64,000 bases of DNA from Schizochytrium sp. TIO01 (taxonomy: Eukaryota; Protista; Bigyra: Labyrinthulomycetes). The position numbers and the translations under genes were made by a program. Each line of letters begins with the position of its first letter. Position 1 is the stretch's first letter. Location: positions 3,782,001 through 3,846,000 of the forward strand of contig SMSO01000025.1 in NCBI GenBank assembly GCA_004764695.1, in the 5' to 3' direction. Under the pieces are notes generated by a model that was not told where the DNA came from, made no database searches, and worked only from the letters and a program-made list of their open reading frames with translations. Below are positions 1-11,069 of this stretch, piece after piece.

Positions 1-3000
1 ATACTAGCAGGAAGGAGGCCAACCGCTTAGAAACAGATCAGGCGCTAATAACATGAATACAACATTCAATATACTTGTTCCTCATCTTGTATCGACTATA
101 ATAATGCAAAATAGCAACTTTGGAATATGTGTGTTGAATGATGGACTAAAGGGACAGCACCTTCTTTTCCTGTTCCTTTGTTCCTTTCAGTGAGGCAGTC
201 ATTAATTTTTTTTAAGCAAGAAAGCTTACAAAAAAGAAAGAGCCTGCATTTAATTATAATAATTAAAAAAAAAAAAAAAAAAACTAGAGTATACAGCAGT
301 GCCTACTTAGAATTTTATTATTTCTTCTTTTTTAATGTATAAATAGATAGGTTGCAGAGGAAATCCAAATATTTATGTTTTTTACTTTGTTTTAGAAACT
401 AAGAGAGGACCGTAGTGGCGAGACCTTGGAGCGGACCATCGCTCTCGCGCTCTGTGCAAGAAAAGGTACCCGGGAGCGAGGCTTGGATAAGCGACCTCAT
501 TAACAGCGCTCTCCCAGCCAGAGCAGTGCTGCACGGCCCTTTAGTGCACCTTCCTCCTCGCACCGAGACAGTCGCACTTTGGGCAAAAAAAAAATTAAGA
601 CACCGCAAGCTTGTAAAAAACGACGCCAACAATTGTATTTTATCCATACTTCACGACAGAGAGTAGTAGTGTTAGTGCTATGTAGCTCTTAAACTTGTCA
701 TATGGAAGCATATTGTATTGTATCCTGATGTATTTTTGGACAACTTCTAAATAATAAAATAACTCATTTCAACTGAATGAAAAGGTGTACAAAGTAAAAA
801 AATCGTTTTTTTAAATAATCAATAAAACATCGAAATTCCCAGAGGCCGCGCAGAATGAAATTCCCTTCCTTTCGTATTGTATTTTGGTATTCTCGTTCGT
901 TCCACGCGAAGGAGATACGGGAAGTGGGATATAGCCCATATAGCTCACTTGGGAGGGGTTTAGTTTCACTTTGGAAAAGGCGTGAAAGTAGCTTATAGCC
1001 CGCAAAGAGCATTTGCTGCGCGGCAAAGAGGAAGCAGCAGCAGCACCAGGAAGGAAGGAATCGCAGGAGTAAGCAACACTCCACCGAGGAAAAGTCGAGG
1101 GAGTGAGTGTCTTCTCTTCGCCAAGTGAGAGTCGATATGGCGCTCTAGCTGGTCAGCCGAGAGCTTCTGTACACCACTGTCCTCGCTGGCCCGATCCATG
1201 CTCCAGATTCCCCGCCATTTTGTAGGGACCGGTGGGCAACCAGATCGCGATTGAAGATGTGAACGCAGCGACATCAAATGGTCTCACTCGTCATGTATAT
1301 CATGGCAGCTAGGTAACCTACCTACCGAATACCATGCTACTTCTTTTTGAAGTGTTTTTTTTTTATTAATTAAAAAATAAAACCTCAATGGGGGGGAAAT
1401 GACGAAATAAAAGTTTCTAAAAACTTGAAGTACTCCTTCTTTAAAGCTAGTGTCCAAAAGGCCAAGCTCCTTCGACTTTGTTCTGGAATTAAAATACACA
1501 AACTATCTTCTTTACTCTCCTGCTAAGTAGGCACTTATCGACTAAATAACTTGAAAAGGTTTGTTTTCTTCTGCTTTGTTTAATTTATGCATAGGTTATT
1601 TTTGTCATTTATTTAACTCGGAACGATTTTTGCTTCTTGGAAAGGTAAATTCTTGTCTTTGCAACTGCAAGGTTCAAAACCAGCCGCCAAATCGCTCTCA
1701 AAACTGCAAACAAACCAATAGCTGGACGCCGTCGGCAGCTGCTCCAGACGGAAGGACAGCCGCTTTCCAAGTCCTTATTTTTCAGAGACCTCGATCGCCA
1801 CCGCTTCTTCCTCTCGGCTCCAAGTGCGCCGCGACAATGGATAAGACAAGGTGTCATTAATGCTTGCTTTTGGAAGCTGAAGCGCAAACCAGACCAGGGG
1901 TGTGCGCGCGTGACTTATAGTGTTCTGGGTGACTGACCCTTAGTGGGACGCACTGAATGGGTGGTTCTGCTAAAATCAAGGATATTCTTGCTTGGTCGAG
2001 CGGCGCTTCAGTCGGGGCAAGGACTTGAACGCAGAGTTGAGTTCGTATGAAGATATTGAAGATCAAAGATCGCACTTGTTGAACTTGAAATTCAATTCAA
2101 GATGTGGGCTGGCGCAGTAATTGACAACCAGCTTGAAGTCACCGAGATGCTAACGCCCGACGGACAACCGGTCTCTGGACTGGCATGCCTTCTAGTACCA
2201 AGGTACCTACCTACCCTACTGCCTTCGCATGAGACAGCGTCCAAAGTTTGAATTAATTCGAAAACTTAAACTTGGATCAATGTCGCTCTCGCTGTCTCCT
2301 TCCCAGCACCACCTCTCAGTCAACTCTGCGAGACCGACCTATCATCGTGGCAGACTTTGATTGCACGCTTTCGCCATGCACCTCGTGACCCTGTCTGCTA
2401 TCTTTCTTCGCGCTCAGTATCGAGAATCCACGTCCTCTGCGACGAAGAGGCTATGAAGATTTGAACTTGAGGTTCTGCTCTGCTGCCGGGACCGCGGTTC
2501 TCTTCTCTTCTCTTTGCGACTTCTTGGGAATTTTCCTCTCGGCCTGGTGTGCCTCCTCAGCGGAGATCTGCTTGCCGGCCTGCCCGCCTGCCTCTGTCTT
2601 CAGCTTGCTGAGCGAGAGCGGAGACGCTGGCGAGTGCCCAGACCAGCTTCAATTGGAGTTCTGTCGTTGCTACCAACGAGGGTCGGCAATTCAAATGTCA
2701 GCTGCCTTCCAATAGTGGAGTCCAAGCCCGGCTTCCTCAAAGGCAGCAATAGCGGCGGCACTTTGTTGTTGTAGAAGGGCCGAATAGTGCTTGCTTGCTC
2801 TAGGCCCTTCGTTAATCTTTCAAAGTTGGTTGGAAAAGATCAAGATTAACCATTTTGAAAGATAGTAGAAGTGAAAGCTTTCTTGCGCTGTGTCTGGAGA
2901 ATTGAAATAGTCAACTTGCGTTGCGTTGCGTTACGTCACTATGAGATGTTTTTTTATTGATAGAAAGTAAGCTTTTTGTTAATTTGGTTTTAGAAATTCT

Positions 3001-4352
3001 TCTTTCCTTTCCTTTTCTTTTAATGAAAATGAAAATGAAAATGAAGAATAAAATACAATGGAATAAAATACACATGCTTTCTTGTCACTTTCTCTGTGGA
3101 AGGCAACCGCTTTTTTGTTTCCTGTTTCGTTCTTGAAGTTCTCTTTGAGAGAAGGAAAAGGGGGAGAAAGAGCAAAGATAGAGTGTACGTGAGGAGAAGA
3201 AAGAGGCACGCACTTCAATGGAAAGGCATTATTTTACATTTTTGCTTTAAAATATTTTTGTTTAATATGAGTTTTAATTTATTTATTATTATTATTTTTA
3301 ATAATAAAGTTTTAGAAAAGATGAATGCGTGTGTATTCATTCTACTTGTGGGAGATGAAGAGGTTGTGTGATAATTCGATGATTCTGCATCGACAGGGCA
3401 CGAAACATTGCTCCTGGAGTCACTAAGTATGTTTCTACAGGGCTTGTATCGCGTAAACATTCGATCTCGCGCTTCAGAAATATTAGTTAAGTGTTTCTTC
3501 TTAAGTCCAAGGTTCACATCTTGGCAATTGAATTTGGTAATTTCCAACAAAAATCGGAAATTCCAGGGATTTGGGAATTTTCGCTGTGAGTTTGAGCAAT
3601 TGAAAGAAGACCCGAAGGGCAGAATGATCCAGAAGAACCGCTCGGTGGAAAGGTTTGTCAACGATACCGTACGATTGATTGTCATATTCAAATCATCGTC
3701 CCTTCGCATATTTCATTTCACATTTTTTGCATACATTTTGCCAAACAGCAGCCAGCCCTGCAATTTTGCTCAACCAGAAGCTCGCTTGGTCGAGTAGCAC
3801 ATCGTACCTGGGTGTCTGAAGCTGGCATGGCCGTACGTACGTACAGACAGCACTCACGAGTTCCTTGCTTTGTTGTAGATCGCCGCTCTTCTGACCATAA
3901 ATCGGCCTTGGTTGATGCGATGCATCGCTGCGGCTTTTGCCAACCGTGCAAGGCACCTACCTACCTTGGACGAGCCAAGCTCGAGTCGCAGACTCCGTCA
4001 GAACTGAAAAGCGTATCGCATCTCGGAGTGAAGTGGACAGTCTTGGCAGATTCGCACGCTCGCTCTTGTGCGCTCTCATGATGGATGATCAGAGCAAGCA
4101 AGCAGCAGCTAGGGGCGACGGCTGAATGTGCAGTGAAGAGAGCAGACCCAGTGGAGAAGGAACTCGAGGTTCTCCTCCACAGACACACCATGCCGGCATG
4201 ACATGCAACTGACTGGTCCAGAGCGATGCTAGCTTCGGGCCCTGGTTCTCGAGAACCAGTTGTCTTCCTCTCCTCAGCCCCCCTTCATCTTCATCTTCAT
4301 CGTCATCGTCGCCGATTCGCCATTACGATCGCCGCCACCACCATCATCATCT

Positions 4353-4379
4353 GCAGCAGCAGCAGCAGCAGCAGCAGCA
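4353..4379. repeat. (GCA)n microsatellite
   Basis: Directly visible trinucleotide run of about 9 units. Confidence 0.9.
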
Positions 4380-6420
4380 TGAAATTTGAATAAGCAATGT
4401 GGCCACCATAACGCAGCGACACCAGACCGGCCTGGCGTCAGGGCTGCAGGGGCTCCGAGAGCCGCATGGAGAGAGAAGTCTAGCGCGATTGGAGAACGTG
4501 AACGCAGCGTGGCGTCGATGACCCGCCGCCACTGGCATGCCAAGCACGCAAGCAAGCAAGCAAGCAGTGGAGGATTTCAGAGTTTGAAAAGGGAGATTTC
4601 GAAATTTAGAGAGAAACTATGAAATGGAGAACGAACGAGAAAAAGAGAAAGAAAACAGACGCTCGATCACCTGGATGGAAATCGAGTTTGCAATTAAAGA
4701 AGCGAACTCCGGACCCTCGAGAGCGCCAGGTAGAAAGCGCGCAAGGAGGCCTGACGCCAAATTATGTGCGGGTCGCAAAGGCCTCGAGCGAGCTTGGAAC
4801 GTGGGCGGCTTCGAATCGGAGCCTGAGGGTTCATTCATTTCGTCAGGCCTCTCAAAGCATGACGCGAGAACCAGTCTTGAAAAAGAAAAAAGAAAAAAGA
4901 AAAAAAGGATTATTGGTGTTTTTTTAGCTTCTTGTTTTCTTTCTTTCTTTTAGTTTTCTCATTTGTTCTTTATTTTTATACTACCTTCCTCTCTAGTAGT
5001 TTATTTGCGAAGGAACGAATCAAAAAGCAGATGAATACGAGGAGACCACTCATTCGTTGAAAGCCCATTCTCGCATTCTCTCAAGTTGAAAGAGACGCGC
5101 GAGAGAGATGGAGAACTTGCTTCTCAAGGAAGACTTAGTTGGTTGAGTTGAAAAAATTGGTCTTAAAATAAATCATTCACAACTCGCCAACATTTTTTTA
5201 ATACCAAAAAGAAGCGTCATGATCATCGAAAATCGCCAAAGAGAAGAAAACACAGCGGGCTCGAATGACTGGTTCTACGCGCAGGGCGCTGCCGTTATTT
5301 TCGTCGTTGCGCGGTACTATTGAGCCCTCAGCCACCAGTCGTACGTGCCAAGCCTCGCCCGAAGCAAGCACACAGGCACGCAGGCACGCAGCTGTGCAGC
5401 CAGCCAGCTGGCTACGTGCGAAGACAGCAGGCAGCGGCAGGCTCGCGAGGAAGGCACGGCTGGTTCTTGGGCTCGAGATATACTGTAGTCCATATTGTGC
5501 CTAAGAACTGGAGCTCCTGGTTCTCGCCACCACCCACCACAGCCAGTCAAGAAAAGTCCTCCGAAGCGAGGAATGACTGGCCACGCAGAGCCCTGATACG
5601 AAGCTTTGGAACTCTCGCAACAGCGGACGGAGATTGCCGCGATGAAGAATAAAATCCCCAGCTCGTCACCGAGTCTGTCTATCCCAATAGGCGACGACGC
5701 CGCTCGAACGAGAGAGACTGCGTCTATATCTACATGAGCATGATAGTATTGTACTGCTACTAGGCACCTAGCTAGGTGTCTAATACATAGTATGATGATG
5801 TTTACTGGCTAGAGAGCACATGCAGCGCACAGTGGGGTGTGCGCTTTTTCTCTTCGCGGCGAAGATCTTCCCCGGAGTCAGGTCTTGAAAACCTGGAGGG
5901 ATCATTACTTTGGGCAAATCCCTGCTGCCATTATGGCTGCTGGTAGCGAGGAAAGACTAGCTTCTCCGTGGCATTTGATTCGCTAGAGTGATTGAAAAGC
6001 CCTCATCCTTGCAATGAATGAAGTTCTGTCTGTGGCTGAGTTGAAAGATCATTTTGCTGGTACTTTACGTGAGCTTAAAACTTAGACGAGTGAAGATAGC
6101 ACATAAATAAGCGTGTGGCAGGCGCTTTGGTATTGCTGTGGAGAAGGATAAACTCATCAAGCTCAAATCAATGCATCGCTCTTATTTTCAATTCCTTCTT
6201 TTTTATGAAGTAGGTTTGCTGGTACAAGAAAAGTAGAATGCTGAGGGAAATTCACAACCGGTATTATAGGGATGAATGCCGTCGATTTTAGAAATAGCTC
6301 ATGCTGTATGCTGTATGATGTATGATTGCTTGCATGCCTGGTTTATTCTTAGCCTTGGACAGCAACTTTTAAAGGCGACTAAGCTTTGTAAGAACAGAAG
6401 AATGGAACCAAGAAAGGATT

Positions 6421-6528
6421 TTACTCGAAGCAATGTATCTTATTATCTTACACGAAGCAATGTATCTTAGTATCTTACTCGAAGCAATGTATCTTATTAT
6501 CTTACACGAAGCAATGTATCTTAGTATC
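6421..6528. repeat. Minisatellite: 4 x 27 bp arranged as 2 x 54-bp dimers
   Basis: TTACTCGAAGCAATGTATCTTATTATC and TTACACGAAGCAATGTATCTTAGTATC alternate as A-B-A-B. Confidence 0.95.
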
Positions 6529-7440
6529 TTAGAAATGCAACTTGGGGGGGGGGGCGCAAAACAACTTCTAGGGTTTAGGCCGTGCCACAAAGGTGCCTTT
6601 TGCTAGTGAGAAATTAACTAATTGAAATAGTATCTCTAGAGTAATAAAAACAAGAGACCTTTCAAGAAAAAAAAAAATTCACTTGTGTTTGAAAATACAA
6701 GTTATGAGGATTGGAGATTGAACGACTAAACCTATCTAATGCTGTTAGGAGGTTTTTTATATGATCCAGTTGTTGCCTCGTCCACATTGCGCGAAATAAG
6801 GTGTTTGTTGACTAGTGCATAGGCCTAACTAGATGCTATAAGTAAATAGCACAACCGCTAGCTGACTCAATCGTGGTGTCCTGGAAGAAAACTCAGACTA
6901 GTAGACGTAATAGGGTACTAGGTTTCACTCAGAAGAAACGATCTTGGATATTGATAATGACAAGCGGACTTATCCAAAAACTTGGTGCAGGCAGTGGCAG
7001 ACGAACAGAATGACTGTTTTTGAGTCAAGCTGTGTCGACGAGGGTAGCGATACTAAGAAATGATCGTAGATTTTGCAAAGTGCAGCATGTGACGGTTGCA
7101 GTAATGATATGTACTGGCGGTGAGCGCACACTTGTGACAAAATGAAACGGTCTTTTCTTAACAAATCTTTCTCCCAAGATATTCTCGAATATTGCACCAA
7201 CTCCACATTATATTATGCGAGGTAACAGAAATGGCGACCATACAAAACATATTTTAATCAGGAGAACCTTCCAGCAAATGACACCTTATCATGGGAGCTC
7301 CTTAGGTAGATTTGTTACCAATTTTGTTCCCATTCCAATTTTGTTCCCATTAAGACAAGACAAGTTAGTCAGACACAATTTACCTTTACTTATTCTTCGA
7401 AATAATGAAAGAAGAAAATATTCAAATGTAAACCCATGTT

Positions 7441-8423
7441 TTACATCAACGCGATGGAACCATTTTTTACAAGGTCTTTGATGGGCCTGTAACGAATTGC
7501 GAATAAATCCCCGGTCTGCATATGTGCTGGCTCAGATAAATTATGGGGATCAACCTCAACATCGCCGAGATCTTCTTGCACACGACACAGGACAAAAGTG
7601 TCGAGGTTTGGCTCGGGAACTAGAATTTAATAAAATCACAAATCATAAGTTGGGAGGAGGGGATACAAATGCAAATTGAACGTCATTTTTGCAGAGCATA
7701 ATTAGTTAGTTTGCTACATCCATGCTTCATGCGGGCGAGAAATTAGTATTTCCCAAACTTACTCATATTGACTTGATCATTTTGATCCCCAAGCTTTTGA
7801 TGTACAGTAGGCATTTTAGACAGGGCTAACTTGCGCATGTGGGAGGCTTGCAAATCTGCGAAGCGCCGCACGAATTTCTGCTCCGCTGCGCTAAGAAGAT
7901 CCATCATATTCTCATCCTTGACGAGGAAAAAGGCATACTTCTCGATCTTCCGGAGACGCGTACGCAGGTATTCCACCACCAAATAATTTACGCGATCTAG
8001 CTCCATTTGATATACTAGCGCTTGCATCATCAGTCTCACGTTTCGCTGCATCTCCTCCACGAGATCCTGTTGCCGCTCAACAGCCTCTTTTAAATGTTTA
8101 ACCAGGAGAGCCTCGTAAGGAAGAATCTCAGGGGCCCCCTACAAATATATTCCGTCGTCATGTATACATTTATTATTTTAACAGCCTCGATTTGTTAGAA
8201 ACTCTGTCTCAAGTATTTGATTCTGCCTGAAAATTTGCAGTAGAGTGTAACTTACTTTTTCATTAAGAAGAGCCTTGCGCATCAGGTCCACGTCAACATT
8301 GCGAGAGCGGGCTCCAAGAGCATCAAAGTCAGCATATTCCTCTTGGAATTCTTGCTCGACCCTGGCTTCATCTACATCATCCTCGTTCAAGCCGCCTCTG
8401 TATGAAATCCCATCGTCTGACAT
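7441..8423 (-). CDS. SLD5: GINS complex subunit Sld5 (GINS4); exons 8423-8256, 8138-7763, 7619-7441; 240 aa
   Basis: Splicing at GTAAGT..AG sites (introns 8139-8255 and 7620-7762) gives a continuous frame: LLNEK|GAPEILPY..., MELDRVNYLVVEYLRTRLRKIEKY, M|IPEPNLDTFVLCRV...GDLFAIRYRPIKDLVKNGSIALM*. These are typical Sld5 motifs. Confidence 0.93.
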
Positions 8424-9317
8424 GTTGCCTTCTTCTTGTGCAGACAAGCCTTGCGCCTAACCACTGCTGCTCTTGTTGTTGCGATGTCAGCAAGCAATGT
8501 TTACCCAGTCCTCTCCGCACGTAAACCGGCTGCCCTTGGCTACAAAGAAAAGAAAGAACTCCACGTGCAGGATATGAGCAAGCTGATTGCCCGAATGCGA
8601 GCCCAACAGAAGCGGTCGAGTCGTGCTGCTGGTTGCGCGCGATGATGTTTTGCTCCGCTGATTTGATCTTGCAAGTTCGTCATTCAACTACCTAACGACC
8701 TGTCTCCACATTATAGGATTAGGTACTAGGGCCTACTGTTACAATGTAATACTTTTTACTACAAAACAAGCATTGCTACTAGTAGTTACTAATAACCAAC
8801 ACAATTCAATCCAATAGCAAGACTATATAGAAGTACTCTGATTCTTCGACACAAACTCTTTTGAATTCTATTGATCGGGACGTCGTAATATGCAGAACTT
8901 CCATGACAATCACAAGGGCAATCGCCAAGTACAAGGGGTTTGCTGCAGAGATTGTTCTTTCATGAGGTCTAATATCTTGTTATCTTGGTTTGGGGATTTA
9001 GACCTCTTCCTCATCATGATATATATATATATATTTTCCCTCGATAATTCAAGTTTGAATTTGTTTTCCATATAGCCCATTACGGTAGTTTGGAACCAAT
9101 AAATTCAAACCTTCAAATAGCTTCAAATTGTAAAATTGAATTTGCATTCTGAATTGCCTCAAAGGTCTGGGACCTAAATCGAATTGGGGGGTGCGAGTTG
9201 GAGACAGAATTGAGACTAAGCCTTCGTCGTGCAACATCCAGTAACTGCAGAGACTCGGTACTTTTTGTTCACTCTTCGAGTGTTTGGTCATCAAAGCATT
9301 GCTAAAGAGACGAAACC

Positions 9318-10868
9318 ATGGCGTTGTGGCAAAGCCTAGCCGATACCAATGTTGCTGTGGAGTCAGGTATTGTTGAGCAGAGAAAACGGCAGCAAGAAAG
9401 GTTTGTGGAGGTGCTATCCACTCGTGGAGGAGTAGCGCAAGAACATCGCGCAGAAGCAGTTCGGCAAGAATTGGCAATCTTCCTTGAAGCAGCTTCTATT
9501 GACGATTACAACTTAGCGTGTCTTATGGCCCAGACGAGGCTTTCCCAAGCAAGTTTTGCAGAACTTACGGCAGCGTTTGAAACGCAATGCGAAGAACTGG
9601 GCATCTCTGTACAAAATACGTTTTCTACGCCGTGTATCTTGGGGGGTAATGAGCAACAATTGGGCTTACTTGGTGTCAATAATCGGGCTCTTTCGCCCTA
9701 CTCTTTCTTCGATGATTTGTCAACTACATCAGAGGACGACAGACACTCTTCAGATTGTTTTTCGCAATGTAGCAACAGCCCTGATCTTGTGCTTCGTGCG
9801 ATCGCCTCGAAGATACCCTTTTCAGATGCAGAGACCGTTCAACTTGAATTCTCGCCCTTGAAGAGCAACACTGAAAGAGAAGAACACAGAGTCGAAGAAC
9901 AGAATCAAGATAATAACCCTAGCAAAGAGTCAACACAACCACGGAAAATCGGTAGCCGGAGAATCAGTGTTCGTCTTCTTTCATTACGTGAACAAACAAG
10001 TGCTGCAGGTACAGATGATCATAAGTCAACTTCAACATCGAAAAATAAGAAAAAGAGAACTTCTTCAACAAAGTCTCGCAACACAATTTCACAGAGCAAG
10101 CACAAAACAAATCAAAATTTATCCAGTCAGCACTCAAAACTGGCCCCAAAGTTTTCTAGTGATTCTGATGAATGCACAACAAAGAAAAGGCGTATGGCAG
10201 CCAGCAAGCAGCACTCATCTCTTGATGAAAACTTTCAACAAGAAGACCTAGTGGACAACGTTGGTGGCAGTGGTGGTGGACATAAGGACTCAAACGACGA
10301 GGATGAGGATAACTCAGACGCTATTAACAACAAAAGTTCAGACGAAGGATCTGCTGCAGAGGCAGCCTCGGAGCGCTCGAATTTTGATGAAGACTCCTAT
10401 CATCCAGACTCGGATTCCGATGAAGACTTTGTACTTGACAAGGATGAGGCGCAGGTAAAAAAATCACACCACCCCAAAAGCTCATGTAGAAGAAAGAAGA
10501 TCTCCAAAGTTTGTGGGGAAGGTGTTCCAAAGGCTAAACCCCCTTCTAAACTCAAGGATACTTGCCATTGCAAAAACTCAAAGTGTCTTAAACTGTACTG
10601 CATTTGCTTTGCTAAAGGAGCCATGTGCAATCCAGCTCTATGCGCATGCGTCGGATGTGAGAACAATGTTCATTACAAAGAAAAACGAGATCAAATTATG
10701 GAAGAACGCCTTGCTCAAGATGAAGATGCATTCACGCCAAAGCGTGAAAGATCATCAGGCTTTTGCAAATGCAAGCGTTCACATTGCTTAAAAATGTACT
10801 GCGATTGCTTCGCATGCAAGCGCAAGTGCACAAGTGAATGTCGCTGTGAAAACTGTGAAAACATCTGA
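9318..10868 (+). CDS. CRC-domain (tesmin/TSO1/LIN54-like) protein with two C-terminal CXC domains, 516 aa
   Basis: CHCKNSKCLKLYCICF...CVGCEN and CKCKRSHCLKMYCDCF...CENCEN joined by a hinge ending AFTPK (cf. RNPxAFxPK). The middle is disordered with K/R-rich NLS-like patches. Confidence 0.9.
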   Translation: MALWQSLADTNVAVESGIVEQRKRQQERFVEVLSTRGGVAQEHRAEAVRQELAIFLEAASIDDYNLACLMAQTRLSQASFAELTAAFETQCEELGISVQNTFSTPCILGGNEQQLGLLGVNNRALSPYSFFDDLSTTSEDDRHSSDCFSQCSNSPDLVLRAIASKIPFSDAETVQLEFSPLKSNTEREEHRVEEQNQDNNPSKESTQPRKIGSRRISVRLLSLREQTSAAGTDDHKSTSTSKNKKKRTSSTKSRNTISQSKHKTNQNLSSQHSKLAPKFSSDSDECTTKKRRMAASKQHSSLDENFQQEDLVDNVGGSGGGHKDSNDEDEDNSDAINNKSSDEGSAAEAASERSNFDEDSYHPDSDSDEDFVLDKDEAQVKKSHHPKSSCRRKKISKVCGEGVPKAKPPSKLKDTCHCKNSKCLKLYCICFAKGAMCNPALCACVGCENNVHYKEKRDQIMEERLAQDEDAFTPKRERSSGFCKCKRSHCLKMYCDCFACKRKCTSECRCENCENI

Positions 10869-11069
10869 CTTCAACCATGGGAAGTAGTTACGTGCAAAAT
10901 AATCTAGGTTTTCAAACCCATATTATCAATCCAATGTATGTATCAGACAACGAAAAGCCGAAAAAAAAAAGTCAATAACTACTCACAGAATTAAGTAAAA
11001 GTACTTCTAAAGCCTTGTTTGTTTATCTCTTATTAGCTTGGTCTTCGTTCAAGGTTAGGGTCACGAGGC

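Noticed and set aside
2775-2810. GAAGGGCC...GGCCCTTC hairpin as a terminator or ncRNA
   Set aside because: Only an 8-bp stem in eukaryotic intergenic DNA with no supporting context.
6421-6528. Possible CRISPR array
   Set aside because: Units are contiguous with no unique spacers, there are no cas genes and the context is eukaryotic.
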